Assembly: GCA_963762255.1 (NCBI GenBank)
Contig: CAVXKA010000003.1
Span: 480,001-544,000 of the forward strand
Direction of reading: 5' to 3'
Source: Candidatus Eiseniibacteriota bacterium
GTDB lineage: Bacteria > Eisenbacteria > RBG-16-71-46 > JABDJR01
DNA length: 64,000 nucleotides
Within the stretch, counting starts at the first letter, position 1. The number at the start of each line of letters is the position of its first letter. Shown piece by piece: positions 21,596-33,152 of this stretch. Made by a program: the position numbers and the translations under genes. A model generated the notes under the pieces. The model saw only the letters and a program-made list of their open reading frames with translations. It had not been told where the DNA came from and made no database searches.

Positions 21596-22744
21596 TCACC
21601 GCCCTCCCAGAACGCGCCCGCGCGTTCGTGAGGTGACCAGCGCGGACTTCCGGCTCCGCGGCACGGCCGCGGGCTCGGCATCGGATGCGGGTTGTGCAAG
21701 GGAAACGCCCCACCGGCGCCGCGCCCGCGCCTCGGCGGCGCGTGGCTGGGTGGAGCCGCACGAATTGCGCACCACGAGGGTGGCGGGAATGATCTCGCGG
21801 CTGGGTGGGGCAGGAGTCGGCGTGCGGGTCGACTCCATCCAGAGCCGCATCGCCCGCTCGCCGAGTTCGTAGGCGTCCACGTGGACGGTGGTCAGAGGCG
21901 GATTGAGATACTGGGCGATGGCGATATCGTCGAAACCGGTCACCGCCATGTCCCCCGGGACCTCCACTCCTGCGTCGCGCAACGCGCTCAGGAGCCCGAT
22001 CGCCATGTAGTCGTTGGCGGCGAACACCGCTGAAGGGCGCGGCCGACGGCGCAGCACCTTGACGGCGGCGCGATACCCGGAGGACTCGGTGAAGTCCCCC
22101 GCAATCTCCAAGCCGGAATCGCTCTCCAGACCTGCATCCGCGAGGGCAGCGCGGAACCCGCGCAGGCGCTCGTCCGCGTCGACGTTGCCGGGAGGCCCGG
22201 TGATCATCGCCAGGTCGCGATGACCGAGCTGGGTGAGATGGTTCACCATCGTCCGCGCGCCCTCGTAGTTGGCGATCGAAACCGCTGAGCACCCGTTGGA
22301 GGCAAAACGGGGGCTCAAGAGGACCACGGGGAACTTGCGGGTGATCTGATGGATGGCCTTCGCCGATCCCTTGTCGGGTGCCATGGCGATCAGCCCGTCG
22401 ATACGTCCCCGCATGGACCGGGCGGCGACAAGGAGCGCATCCGTGTCCGCGTGCGAGCTGGAAACGAGGATCTGGAGCTTCTCCCGCCGCGCGGCGTGGT
22501 CGATTCCTCGGATGACCTCCGAGAAAAACTCGCCGAAGAGATCGGGGAGGAGCACGCCGAGCACCTGGCTGCGATTGGTGGTGAGGCTGCGGGCCGCGGA
22601 GTTGGGCCAGTAGTCGAGCTTGGATGCCGCCGCCTGCACCGCCCGGCGCGTCTCCTCGCTCACCCGGCTGCTACCGTTAAATACGCGGGAAACGGTGGCG
22701 ATCGACACTCCGGCGGCTCGCGCAACATCGCGAATCGTCACCAC
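21596..22744 (-). CDS. LacI family transcriptional regulator
   Basis: TIRDVARAAGVSIATVSRV HTH, YWPNSAARSL hinge, VFAANDYMAIG, VTGFDDI, PPLTTV; GAGGAG RBS before GTG at 22744. Confidence 0.95.
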   Translation of the reverse strand: MVTIRDVARAAGVSIATVSRVFNGSSRVSEETRRAVQAAASKLDYWPNSAARSLTTNRSQVLGVLLPDLFGEFFSEVIRGIDHAARREKLQILVSSSHADTDALLVAARSMRGRIDGLIAMAPDKGSAKAIHQITRKFPVVLLSPRFASNGCSAVSIANYEGARTMVNHLTQLGHRDLAMITGPPGNVDADERLRGFRAALADAGLESDSGLEIAGDFTESSGYRAAVKVLRRRPRPSAVFAANDYMAIGLLSALRDAGVEVPGDMAVTGFDDIAIAQYLNPPLTTVHVDAYELGERAMRLWMESTRTPTPAPPSREIIPATLVVRNSCGSTQPRAAEARARRRWGVSLAQPASDAEPAAVPRSRKSALVTSRTRGRVLGGR

Positions 22745-22835
22745 GATCAGCTCCTCGGGAGGGATTGGGAGCCCCGGTTTCACCGCCGGTGGGCTGGAAA
22801 GGCAGCGATCCCGACCGGACCCCCTCTGCTGTGCG

Positions 22836-22849
22836 TGTAAACGGTTACA
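22836..22849. promoter_or_regulatory. LacI-family operator palindrome TGTAAACGGTTACA
   Basis: Near-perfect palindrome with central CG, between the divergent lacI and GH94 genes. A minus-strand TTGACA at 22870-22865 places the operator over the expected -10 region. Confidence 0.85.
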
Positions 22850-23004
22850 TAGACAGGCTGCCGATGTCAAGCGAAGGATGTGCGACACGCGCGTTGCGCG
22901 AGTGGAGGCTTCCACCCGGATCAACGCGGGTCTAGAGTGGATCGGTTCGTCTCCGGTGTGGGATCTCGTCCCCGCCGGCGGTCAGCGGATGATGAAGGGA
23001 ACCC

Positions 23005-26000
23005 ATGCCGAGCCCGATCGAGCCTACCCCCCTTGACCCGGAGTCCGGGGCCTCACCCCCGGTTCGGTTCCTGAGCAACGGACAGTACGTCTGCCTGATC
23101 ACCGCGACGGGGACGGGGTATTCGCGCTCGGGGGAGAACACCCTCACCGCCTGGAGCGGGGATCGGGTGGAGGACCGCCAGGGACTCTTCGTCTACCTCC
23201 GAGACGCGGAGAGTCGGGTCGGTTGGTCCCTGGCCCATTGGCCGGCCCCCATCGAGGAGCATCCCCTTCGCGCGCATGGGACGCCGGGGCGCTTCGGACT
23301 CGCGCGCACCGCCGAAGGGATCGAGGCGAGACTCGAGGCATGTGTGGTGCCGGACGCGGATGCTGAGATCCGGCGGCTTACCCTCATCAATCACTCCCCG
23401 AGTCGCCGCATCATCGAACTCACGACCTACGCCGAGGTCGTCCTCAACGACTTGGCAGCGCACGTCGCCCACCCTGCCTTCTCCAAGCTCTTCGTGCAGA
23501 CCGAGTACGTGCCCGCCCACCGCGCCCTGCTCGCCCGACGCCGACCGCGCGCGCAGGGAGAGCATCACCCGTGGCTGGTTCATGCCCTGCTTGGCACCGG
23601 CGAACCGGAAGTGGAGACCGATCGCGCGCGCTTCCTCGGGCGGCGCGCGCCCTCCGAGATCCCGGAGGCGCTCGCCACCAACGATCCGCTTTCCGGAACG
23701 ACGGGCAACGTCCTCGATCCCATCGTGAGCCTGCGCTGGAGGGTCGCGATCGAAGCGGGGGCGACGGCGCGCTGTGCGTTTCTGCTCGGCGTCGCCGACG
23801 ACCGCGACAAGGCGCTCGCACTTGCGGAACGATTCGCGGCCGAAGACCGCGTGGAGGCGGCGTTCGTCGCTGCAGAGGTCGCGGAGCGCGATCGCACCAC
23901 AGGCGCGGGGCTTTCCGAGACCGAGGCCGAGGCCTGCCAGGCCGTGGCCGGAGCGATGCTCTTCGGTGACCCCACCCTACGGCCGGCGCCGGCAGAGCTC
24001 GCTCTCGCGCATGGCGACCTGAACGATTTGAGCCGCCTCGGAGTCTCACCGAAGAGACCCTTCGCGGTGGCGAACCTCGAGCGCCCGACGGCCGCGGCCC
24101 ACCTCGGCGACCTTCTCAAAGCCCACCGCTACTGGCGCTCGCTCGGGCTGCCGATCGACCTCGTGCTCGTGCACGCGGGCGCGGCTCCTGCCGAGGTGGA
24201 GAGCCTTCCCTCCGGCCCCGATCGCCCGCTGCTCGTGTCGGCCGGGGACATCTCACCTGTCGAAATGGATCTCCTGGACGCCGCGGCGCGGTGGGCAGTG
24301 GCGGAATCGCCGATCGCCGCGGCCTCGCGACTTCGCGTGATCCGCTCCGGCGATATCCTCACGGCGCCGCGCCGACCGCACTCACGACACACATCCCCCA
24401 CTCACGCGAATGGGTCCGGCAGACCCGACGGCAGCGATCTCCTGTTCTTCAACGGCTTCGGCGGATTCTCGCCGGCCGGGGACGAGTACGTGATCCGCCT
24501 CGGCGGCGAGGCGCCGCGCCCGCCGCGGCCATGGACCAACGTCATCGGGAGCGAGCGCTTTGGGTTCATCCTGAGCGAGACCGGCTCCGGCACCACCTGG
24601 AGCGGCAACAGTCGCGAGCACCGGCTGACTCCCTGGAGCAACGACGCGGTGCTCGATCCGCACGGGGAGGCGTTCTACATCCGTGACGAAGACACCGGCG
24701 CGTACTGGTCGCCCTTGCCCGGTCCCACGCCCGGCGACGGCACGTACGAGATGCGGCATGGTTTCGGCTTCAGCGCCTGCACCCACGTCTCCGGAGGGCT
24801 CGCGTTCGAGACCGCCCTGTTCGCGGCGCGCGAAGACCCGGTGCGGATCACCGTCCTGCGCATCGTCAACCGCAGCCGCAGGACGCGCCGGCTTTCGCTC
24901 TTCGCCTACTATCGCCTCGTGCTCGGTGTGCTCGCCGAAGACAGCGGGCGTTTCGTCGTCACCGAAATAGACCCCGCCTCGAAGGCGGTCTTCGCGCGCA
25001 ATCGCACCGCGGGGGCGTTCGCCGAGGCGGTGACCTTCGCAGCCGTCGCGGCCTCCGAAGGAGTGCGCGCCGTGCATACGACGGGCGATCGCGAGAGCTT
25101 TATCGGCCGCGGAGGCAGTACGGCCGCGCCGCGAGCGCTGCGCGACGCCGCTCCCCTCGACGGTCGCATCGGGGCGGCCCTGGATCCGTGCATCGCCCAG
25201 CAGGTCGTGTTGGAGATCCCCGCCGAGGGCACCCGCGAGGTCGTCTTCTTGTTCGGCGAGGCTCGGAGCGCCGCCACGGCCCGCGAGGTCGTCGCCCGCT
25301 TCGCCGCACCCGGAGCCGCATCCCACGCGCTCGAATCGGTGCGCGACTTCTGGCGGCAAGGCGTTTCCGGGATGCGCGTGTCCACGCCCTTCCCCGCCCT
25401 CGATCTCATGATGAACGGCTGGCTCCCCTATCAGACGTTGGCCTGCCGCATCTGGGGGCGCTCCGCCTTCTACCAGTCGGGCGGCGCGTACGGGTTCCGC
25501 GATCAACTCCAGGATACGGCCGCGCTCGTGACCCTCTGGCCGCAGCTCACTCGCGGACAGATCCTGCTCAACGCCGCCCACCAGTTCGCGGAGGGGGACG
25601 TGCTCCACTGGTGGCACCCTCCCCTCTCGCGGGGCATCCGCACTCGCTTCGCCGACGACCTCGTGTGGCTTCCCTACCTCACCGCGCACTACGTCCGCAC
25701 CACCGGGGACGTCGCGGTGCTCGACGAGCACGTGCGTTTCCTCACCGCGCCTCCGCTCGCGCCGGGAGAGGACGAGGCTTATCTGGAGCCACAGGATTCC
25801 GGGGAGTCGGCCGACCTGTACGACCACTGCTGCCGCGCCCTCGACCGCGCGCTCACCCGGGGTCGCCACGGCCTGCCTCTCTTCGGCAGCGGCGACTGGA
25901 ACGACGGCATGAACCGCGTCGGCCGGGAAGGCAAGGGCGAGAGCGTCTGGATGGCCTTCTTCCTTTTCGCGGCGATCGGCGACTTCTTGCCGCTCTGCGA

Positions 26001-26900
26001 GCGGCGGGGCGACTCGGAGCGTCTGCGCCGCTACCGCACCTATCGCGACGAGTTGGCCGGGGCCATCGAAGCCACGGCCTGGGACGGCGCGTGGTACCGT
26101 CGCGAGCGTATTACGACGACGGCACACCGCTCGGGTCGAAAGACAGCGACGAGTGCCGGATCGACGCGCTCGCGCAGGCGTGGGCGGTGATCTCGGGGGC
26201 GGCGCCTCGGGAGCGCGCCGAGCAGGCCATGGACGCGGTCGAATCGCAACTGATCTCGGAGGCGGAGGGGCTCATCCGGCTCCTGACCCCGCCCTTCGAC
26301 CGGACACCGCACGACCCCGGCTACATCAAGGGATACGTTCCCGGGGTTCGCGAGAACGGCGGCCAGTACACGCATGCCGCGCTGTGGGTCGTGCGCGCGT
26401 TGGCCGAGTTGGGGCGCAACGATCGCGCGGCGCGGCTCCTCGACATGCTCAACCCGGTGAACCACGCGCGCACGCCCGAAGAGGTCGCGATCTACCAGGT
26501 GGAACCCTACGTCGTGGCCGCCGACGTGTACGGAGCGCCCCCGCACGTCGGCCGCGGCGGGTGGACGTGGTACACCGGATCCGCGGGATGGATGTACCGG
26601 GTCGCCTTGGAGTCGATTCTGGGATTCACCGTCGAGGGGGGCGACACGCTGGTGCTGGCGCCCTGCGTGCCCGATGAGTGGCCGGAGTTCACGATCGAGT
26701 ATCGCGTACCCGAAGAGGACACGCGCTACGAGATCATCGCCCGCAACCCGCACGGCGAGGGACGCGGAGCGGCGGCGGCCACGCTGGACGGCAAGCCCGC
26801 CGCCGTCGTGAACGGCGCGGCGCGCATTCCCGTTGCGCACGACGGCCGCCTCCACCGGGTCGCAATCGTTCTCGGCGCCGGCCGGGAGCGCACCTCATGA
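23005..26900 (+). CDS. GH94 glycoside phosphorylase, Cgs/NdvB C-terminal type (likely 1,2-beta-oligoglucan phosphorylase); frameshift near 26103
   Basis: LSNGQY, AHPAFSKLFVQTE, PRPWTNVI, NSREHRLTPWSND, FYQSGGAYGFRDQLQD, GDWNDGMNRVG..GESVW; then in the second frame YIKGYVPGVRENGGQYTHAA and GRGGWTWYTGSAGW. Confidence 0.9.
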
Positions 26901-28265
26901 GCGCCGCCGTGAACCCATCGATCCGGTTCCCCGAGAGCTTCCTGTGGGGAGCGGCGACGTCGGCCTATCAGATCGAGGGCTCCCCCCTCGCCGACGGCGC
27001 CGGTCCGAGCAACTGGCACCGCTTCGCGCACTCTCCCGGGCGAACCGCCGGCGGCGAGACCGGCGACGTGGCCTGCGATCACTATCGCCGCTACGCGGAG
27101 GACGTCGCGCTGCTGGGCGAGTTGGGGGTGAACGCATACCGTTTCAGCGTGTCCTGGAGCCGCGTGCTGCCAGAGGGACGCGGGACGGTGAACAGCAAGG
27201 GGCTCGACTTCTACGCGCGTCTCGTCGACATGCTCCTTGCACGCGGCATCCGCCCCTGCATCACCCTCTATCACTGGGATCTCCCCGCCGCACTCGACGA
27301 TCGCGGCGGCTGGCAGAACCGGGACATTGCGGAGTGGTTCGCCGACTACGCGCGGGTGATGTTCCGAGCGTTCGGGGACCGCGTTTCGATGTGGGCGACT
27401 CTGAACGAACCCTGGGTGGTGATGGACGCGGGTTACCTCCACGGTGTCCACGCCCCGGGCCATCGCAGCGTGTTCGAGGCGCCGCTCGTCTCCCACAACC
27501 TGCTGCGCGCGCACGGCGCGGCGGTCGAGGCATTTCGCGCGGCGGGGCGGGGACAGATCGGATTGGTGGTGAACCTGGAGCCCAAGGTCGCGGCGTCGGA
27601 GGCCGAGGAGGATCTCGCCGCGACTCGGCGGGCCGACGCCGTACATGAACCGCCAGTATCCTCGACCGGTCTTCTTCGGCCGCTATCCGGAAGAGCTTGC
27701 CGCGATCTTCGGCGAGGCCTGGCCGGAGTTCCCCGCCGGGGATTTCGATCGGATCGCCGCGCCGATCGACTGGCTCGGCATCAACTACTACACGCGGTCG
27801 GTGACGCGGCACGACGACAACGCGCTTCCCGTGCGCGCGAGCGGCGTGCCGCAGGAGGACGCGCTCCGCACCGAGATGGGCTGGGAAGTGCACCCGGAGA
27901 GCCTCACGCGCGTGCTCCTCTGGGTGAGGCAGCGCTACGGCAAGATCCCGCTCTACATCACCGAGAACGGCGCCGCGTTCGCGGATCCACCGACGGCGCC
28001 GGCGGGAGGGGTCGAGGATCCCCTGCGTGTGGAGTACTACCGATCTCACTTGCGGGCCGCGCACGAGGCGATCCGGCAGGGAGTGGACCTCCGCGGTTAC
28101 TTCGCGTGGTCGCTCCTCGACAACGTGGAGTGGGCCGAGGGCACCACCAGACGATTGGGGCTCGTGCACGTCGATTTCGCGACCCAGAAACGCACGCTCA
28201 AGCGCAGCGGTGCCTTCTACCGCAAGGTCATCCGCACGCGAGGGGCGTCGCTCACCGCCGAATGA
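26897..28265 (+). CDS. GH1 beta-glucosidase; frameshift near 27641
   Basis: FLWGAATSAYQIEG, DVACDHY, TLYHWDLP, TLNEP (acid/base), GINYY, YITENG (nucleophile), GYFAWSLLDNVEW; ATGA coupled to GH94. Confidence 0.92.
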
Positions 28266-31200
28266 TGACGACGGCGGGAAGCGTGCGGACGATGACGTCC
28301 CCGTTACGTTCGGGAGCGGCCGCGCGACCGTTGATCGTGATCTTGCCGGCCGGCCCGCCGAGCGGCGCTCGCACCACGATGCCCCCCGTGGGAACGCGGA
28401 TGCCTTCCTCCACTCGCACCCTGATCTCGTCTCCGTTGCCGGTCATCGTGTAGGCGAGCCGGCCGTAGGGGGTGGGCAGGTTCTTCACCACCACCCCGGG
28501 CTCGGGGGCGAGCCACGAAACAGGAATCCCGGCCGCGATCACCAGGGCATCCTTGCTCTCGTCGACGTACGCGAGCATGTCGAGCATGGAGCGCACGTAG
28601 TCGGATCCGCACCAGGTGTGAGGCAGATCGCCCAGGAAACGCGGCGTGCGCTCGTCGCGCCAGACCACCTCGGGCCACTGCCGCCATCCGACCGGCTTCT
28701 GATAGGCGAGGAAGAAGTCGAGAAGTTCCTGCGCGCGGTCCCGCCAACCCAGGCGCACGAAAGCGCCCAGGTTGCGCATCTCGTAGGGGGTGAAGGCGTC
28801 CCAGGGTCCCCCGTTCGCTCGATCGCGGAAGAACGCGTAGTAGCGCTCGAACGTCGCCTCCAGCGCACCGGGCGGCACGACGTTCCGCGCTTCCACCGGG
28901 GAGAGGGCAATGGTGGTGGAGGTGGCGTCGAAGTCGCCGAGATCGGCGCAGCCTGCCACGTAGTCGATCCGGTGGCGGCGCATGGTCGCACCGATGGAGG
29001 CGGTGAGATCGCCGGCGAACTCGGCGCGGATGGCGTCGAGGCGCGCCGCGTCCTCTGTGAGTCCGGACACTTGAGCCAGGAACGCCGCGTCTTTGAACCC
29101 GCGCAACGCCCAGAAGTCGTCCCAGTAGGAGTGCATGGGCTTGGCCGAATACCCCTCATGGCTGATGGACGGCGGCAAGAGGCCGTAGAACTCGCGCTTC
29201 TCCTCCGCCTCGTACTCCGGCGTGCGCCGCTCGTGACGCAGCGAATCCAGATACGCGGCGGCCCGCAGAACGCGGGGCATCATCTCGGCGAGAAGCGATT
29301 CGTCCTGCGTGTAGCGCCAGTACTCCGCGACGAGAAAGATGAACTCGCCGCTCGAGTCGTGCTCGGGGACAGGGTCCGCGCCGCGCCAGTCGACGACGCA
29401 CGGCGCCTTGCCGTTCTCATACTGATGAGGCGCGTACCAGGTGATGAACTCCTTCACCGGTTCCGGGTGGCCAAGGCGCAGGAGCGCGGACGAGGTCAGC
29501 GCGCCGTCGCGGATCCATGAGCGCGCGTAGGAGCGGGTGCCCGGTTGGATCGCAGGGCCGGCCCGGTTGACGAGGATGTAGCCGAGTTGGCTGCGGAGCG
29601 ATTCGACGGCCGGCTTCGCGGCGTCCGGCACCTCGATGGTGACTCGGTCCGCGGCCGACTGCCACGCCGCGCGGCTCTGCGCGAACTGCTCGGCCACCCA
29701 GGCCATTCCCGCCGAACCACGTCGCCTCGGCGGTGCAGGCGATTCCGCGTAGAGCGGCACCAGAATGTCGATTTCCGTTTCGGCGCCGGGAGCGAGATCG
29801 AGCATGTAGGCCAGAGCCCCCGAGGCGGCCTCGAAGGAATCGCGCGCTTCGGCGGACTGGGGCACGATGCCGACGCGAAGGTATTCGGTCACCACATCGC
29901 CCTGGTCGAAGGGAATCGCACCGAAGCTCCAGGGCTCGGTGAAGCACACGATCTCCCTGTCACCGTTCACCCGGATCGTGCGTCCTTCGCGCGCGATTTC
30001 GCGGATCGGCGCGAACCCACCGGGCATGTTCAGGAACTGCGCGGGGGGATTCACCTGGAAGGGGCGGATCGCCAGGAAGAGCCCGCCGCTCACGCGGCGC
30101 GCCCCCCGGTTGAGGACGCGGTAGCGGGCGATCAGGGATGAGGCGCCGGGGTCACCAACGGCAAACGCGGTGATCGTGAGCGCCAGGTCATCCGCCGACC
30201 ACGCCACCGAGGGGATAGGCAGCGAGCCACGCTCCAGCGACGGGACCGAGTGCACGTCGGCCCAGGTGATGAGCGAGCCGTTCAGGTAGAGGAACGGCTC
30301 GATCGAGAAGCTGCCCTTCCCTGTCTCGAGCATGCCGTCTTCGCTCAAGAGTCCTTCGCTCGCGTCCCCGTCAGCGCCGACCACCGTCCAGTAGACCTGC
30401 TCGCCGCCGATCCCGCGCGGAAACGAACCCCGCTGCGAGTCCTTCGCCACCGCTTCGAAGAACGCGGCGCGACTGGCCGACCACTCGAGGGGCATGACCG
30501 CAACTTCGGCCAGCCCCGCGCCGTAGCCTCCAACGTCGTCGAGCGCGCGCACCCGGAGATGGCGCGATTCGGATTCGGGAAGGTAGAGGTAGTCGCGCCG
30601 GCCGTTCCCGCCGCGCACGGTTCGCAGTTCGCGCCAGGCCGACCCATCGTCCGACGCCTCCACGGTGTAGTCGGCCGCCTGGCGGCCGGTAGCCCAGTCG
30701 AGAACCAAGCCCCCGTACTCGCGTGATTCGAGGAAGTCGAGCGCGAACCATGGCCCCGCGTCGCCGGCCCCGGACGACCAGAAGCTCTCGGAATCTCCGT
30801 CGTGTGCCGCGGCAGGGTCATGGCCGGGCCGTGACGACGACGCGCTTGCCGCCGGCTCGGGCGGGACGGTCCCCGGCGGCGGCAGCGGGGTGAGGGTGAG
30901 GTCGTCGATCCAGACCGTGCCCTCGCCGCCGCTCCCCGCGGTGATCGCAAACTCGATCGCGGCGACGTGCCGGATCTCCCCACCGCCGGCCGGTCCCCAT
31001 GCAAACTGGATCTTGCGTTTCTTGATCGCGAAGACTCGCCAGTCTTCCGGGAACTCCACGTCGCGGCGAACCGACCACCACACGTTCTCTCCGGTTGCGT
31101 CGATCAGCTTGAACTCCAGATGATTGATCGGCGCCCGGCCGCGCACACGGAACGAGAGCGAGTAGTTGTCCGGAAGATCGAGGTCGAACGCCTTGTGCGC

Positions 31201-31434
31201 CACCGCGTAGCCGCCGCCGGTGAACTTGAAATCGAGGCGCATGGCGCGACCGCCGGCCCCGGAGTCGGACCCGATGGCGAGCCGCACTCCGTCGGCGGGA
31301 TGCGCGGACCAACCGCTCACGTCCTCGAACCCGTCCACCAGGACCGGCGTGACGGCGGGAGCGGGTGGACCCGTGCCGGCGCAGGCCAGGGTCAATGCCG
31401 CAAGAAGCGCGCTCCAACCCGGGCGGTGTCGCAT
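28252..31434 (-). CDS. Lipoprotein with CBM-like domain, discoidin (F5/8 type C) domain and (alpha/alpha)6 glycoside-hydrolase-like barrel
   Basis: Lipobox LTLAC; AHDGDSESFWSS..YTVEASDDG discoidin; PGTRSYARSWIRDG, PEHDSSGE, SISHEGY, SYWDDFW, QWPEVV, GDLPHTW. Confidence 0.78.
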   Translation of the reverse strand: MRHRPGWSALLAALTLACAGTGPPAPAVTPVLVDGFEDVSGWSAHPADGVRLAIGSDSGAGGRAMRLDFKFTGGGYAVAHKAFDLDLPDNYSLSFRVRGRAPINHLEFKLIDATGENVWWSVRRDVEFPEDWRVFAIKKRKIQFAWGPAGGGEIRHVAAIEFAITAGSGGEGTVWIDDLTLTPLPPPGTVPPEPAASASSSRPGHDPAAAHDGDSESFWSSGAGDAGPWFALDFLESREYGGLVLDWATGRQAADYTVEASDDGSAWRELRTVRGGNGRRDYLYLPESESRHLRVRALDDVGGYGAGLAEVAVMPLEWSASRAAFFEAVAKDSQRGSFPRGIGGEQVYWTVVGADGDASEGLLSEDGMLETGKGSFSIEPFLYLNGSLITWADVHSVPSLERGSLPIPSVAWSADDLALTITAFAVGDPGASSLIARYRVLNRGARRVSGGLFLAIRPFQVNPPAQFLNMPGGFAPIREIAREGRTIRVNGDREIVCFTEPWSFGAIPFDQGDVVTEYLRVGIVPQSAEARDSFEAASGALAYMLDLAPGAETEIDILVPLYAESPAPPRRRGSAGMAWVAEQFAQSRAAWQSAADRVTIEVPDAAKPAVESLRSQLGYILVNRAGPAIQPGTRSYARSWIRDGALTSSALLRLGHPEPVKEFITWYAPHQYENGKAPCVVDWRGADPVPEHDSSGEFIFLVAEYWRYTQDESLLAEMMPRVLRAAAYLDSLRHERRTPEYEAEEKREFYGLLPPSISHEGYSAKPMHSYWDDFWALRGFKDAAFLAQVSGLTEDAARLDAIRAEFAGDLTASIGATMRRHRIDYVAGCADLGDFDATSTTIALSPVEARNVVPPGALEATFERYYAFFRDRANGGPWDAFTPYEMRNLGAFVRLGWRDRAQELLDFFLAYQKPVGWRQWPEVVWRDERTPRFLGDLPHTWCGSDYVRSMLDMLAYVDESKDALVIAAGIPVSWLAPEPGVVVKNLPTPYGRLAYTMTGNGDEIRVRVEEGIRVPTGGIVVRAPLGGPAGKITINGRAAAPERNGDVIVRTLPAVVIIRR

Positions 31435-31441
31435 CGCCTCG

Positions 31442-32263
31442 TCACTCCTTCACGCCGCCGGCCATGATGCCGCGAATGTAGGCCCGCTGGAAGAGGAGGA
31501 AGACGACCAGGGCGGGGAGGATGGTGAGCACCGAGCCCGCCATCATGAGTTCCGTGTCCTGCACGTGCTCTCCCGAGAGATTGGCCAGCGCCACGGGAAG
31601 CGTGTAGTTGCTGCTGTCGCTCAGGATGATGAGGGGCCACATGAAGTCGTTCCACGCGCTCAGGAAGGTGAACGCGGCCATGGTGACGAGGATCGGCTGA
31701 ATGATCGGCACCACCACTTCGCGGAAGATGCGGAACTCCCCGGCTCCGTCCACGCGCGCGGCGGCCAGGAAATCGTCGGGCACGCCCAGCACGTACTGGC
31801 GGATGAGGAAGATCCCGAGCACGCTGGCGAGGTACGGGACCATGACCCCGGCGTAGGTGTTGACGACGTGCAGCTCGCGGAGCAGGAGAAAGAGCGGCAG
31901 CATCCCCACCTGGGCGGGGATGACCAGAGCCAGGGTGAGCCCGCGGAAGAGCGAGTCCCGCCCGCGGAAGGCGAGCTTGGCGAAGGCGTAGCCCGCCATC
32001 GAGTTGATGAGCACCGAGAGCACCGTCACCGACACCGTGATGATCGCGCTGTTGAGGAAGTACCGCGCGAGGTCGAGCCGCGTGAAGAGCACGACGTAGT
32101 GCTCGAAGGTGGCGCGGCTGGGGAAGAAGCGCGGCGGGAATGCGTTGGCCTCTCCCGAGGGCATGAGCGATGCCGAGACCATCCAGACGAGCGGGGTCAG
32201 GGTGGCGGCAGCGCCGAGCGCCAGCGCCGCGTGCAGCAGTATCGTTGGCCCGACCCGGCGCAT
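31442..32263 (-). CDS. Carbohydrate ABC transporter permease (MalG-like)
   Basis: YFLNS, AGYAFAKL, AARVDGAGEFRIF EAA loop, WNDFMWPLI, FQRAYIRG. Confidence 0.93.
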   Translation of the reverse strand: MRRVGPTILLHAALALGAAATLTPLVWMVSASLMPSGEANAFPPRFFPSRATFEHYVVLFTRLDLARYFLNSAIITVSVTVLSVLINSMAGYAFAKLAFRGRDSLFRGLTLALVIPAQVGMLPLFLLLRELHVVNTYAGVMVPYLASVLGIFLIRQYVLGVPDDFLAAARVDGAGEFRIFREVVVPIIQPILVTMAAFTFLSAWNDFMWPLIILSDSSNYTLPVALANLSGEHVQDTELMMAGSVLTILPALVVFLLFQRAYIRGIMAGGVKE

Positions 32264-33152
32264 CAGCGTTCCCTCCGCTGCAGGCGCAGCTGCAGCAGGG
32301 TGCCGCCCAAGGTGATCAGGAAGAGAAGGAACGCGATCGCCGAGGCCATCCCCATCCGCCACCAGCGGAAGCCCTCTTCGTACATGAGGAGCACGAGGCT
32401 GGTCGTGCTGCGCAGCGGTCCTCCCTGGGTCATCACGTACGGTTCCGCGAAGAGCTGGAAGTAGCCGATCATGGTGGTCACGCCGACGAACAGAAAGACG
32501 GGGGCCAGACCGGGAAGCGTGATGTGCAGGAAGCGCCGCCAGGGGCTCGCCCCGTCGATGGCCGCCGCCTCGTAGAGCTCCTCCGAGATGCTCTGCAGCC
32601 CGGCGATGAAGATGAGCATGTTGTATCCGAAGTTCTTCCAGACCGCGAGGAGGATGATGGCGGGCATCGCCCAGTGCGGATCGCCGAGCCAGTCGATGGG
32701 GCCGAGCCCGATCGCCCCCAGCACGTGGTTCAGGAACCCGTAGCGGGGGTGATAGAGGTAGCGCCAGACGATGGCCACCGCCACCAGCGTCGTGACCACC
32801 GGCGCGAAGTAGATCGTGCGAAAGAGGCTCTTGAATCGCGCGAGCGGCGCGCTGAGGAGGAGCGCGGCGCCGAGGGAGACCAGGACCGAGAGCGGCCCGC
32901 CCACCACCACGAAGTAGAGCGTGTTCTTGAGCGCGGTCCAGAAGAGCGGGTTCGCCAGCGCCTGTTCGTAGTTGCGAGCCCCACGAAGCGGGCGGTGTCC
33001 GGGACGCCGATGGCGTAGAGATCGAAGTCGGTGAAGCTAAGGAGAAGCCCGGCCACCACCGGCAGCACGAAGAAGACCGCGAAGAGGGTGAGCGCCGGGG
33101 TCAGGAAGAACCAGGCCGCGCGTGCCTGCCGGCGCTCGAGAAGCCCGCTCAT
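32263..33152 (-). CDS. Carbohydrate ABC transporter permease (MalF-like); frameshift near 32977
   Basis: WFFLTPAL, SFTDFD..FVGL, then LFRTIYFAP, WKNFGYNM, LYEAAAIDGA, TQGGP in ORF 32263..32910. Confidence 0.9.

Noticed and set aside
23005-26900. Cyclic beta-1,2-glucan synthase (full Cgs/NdvB)
   Set aside because: Only the ~1300-aa phosphorylase part is present, with no TM segments or GT84 synthase region.
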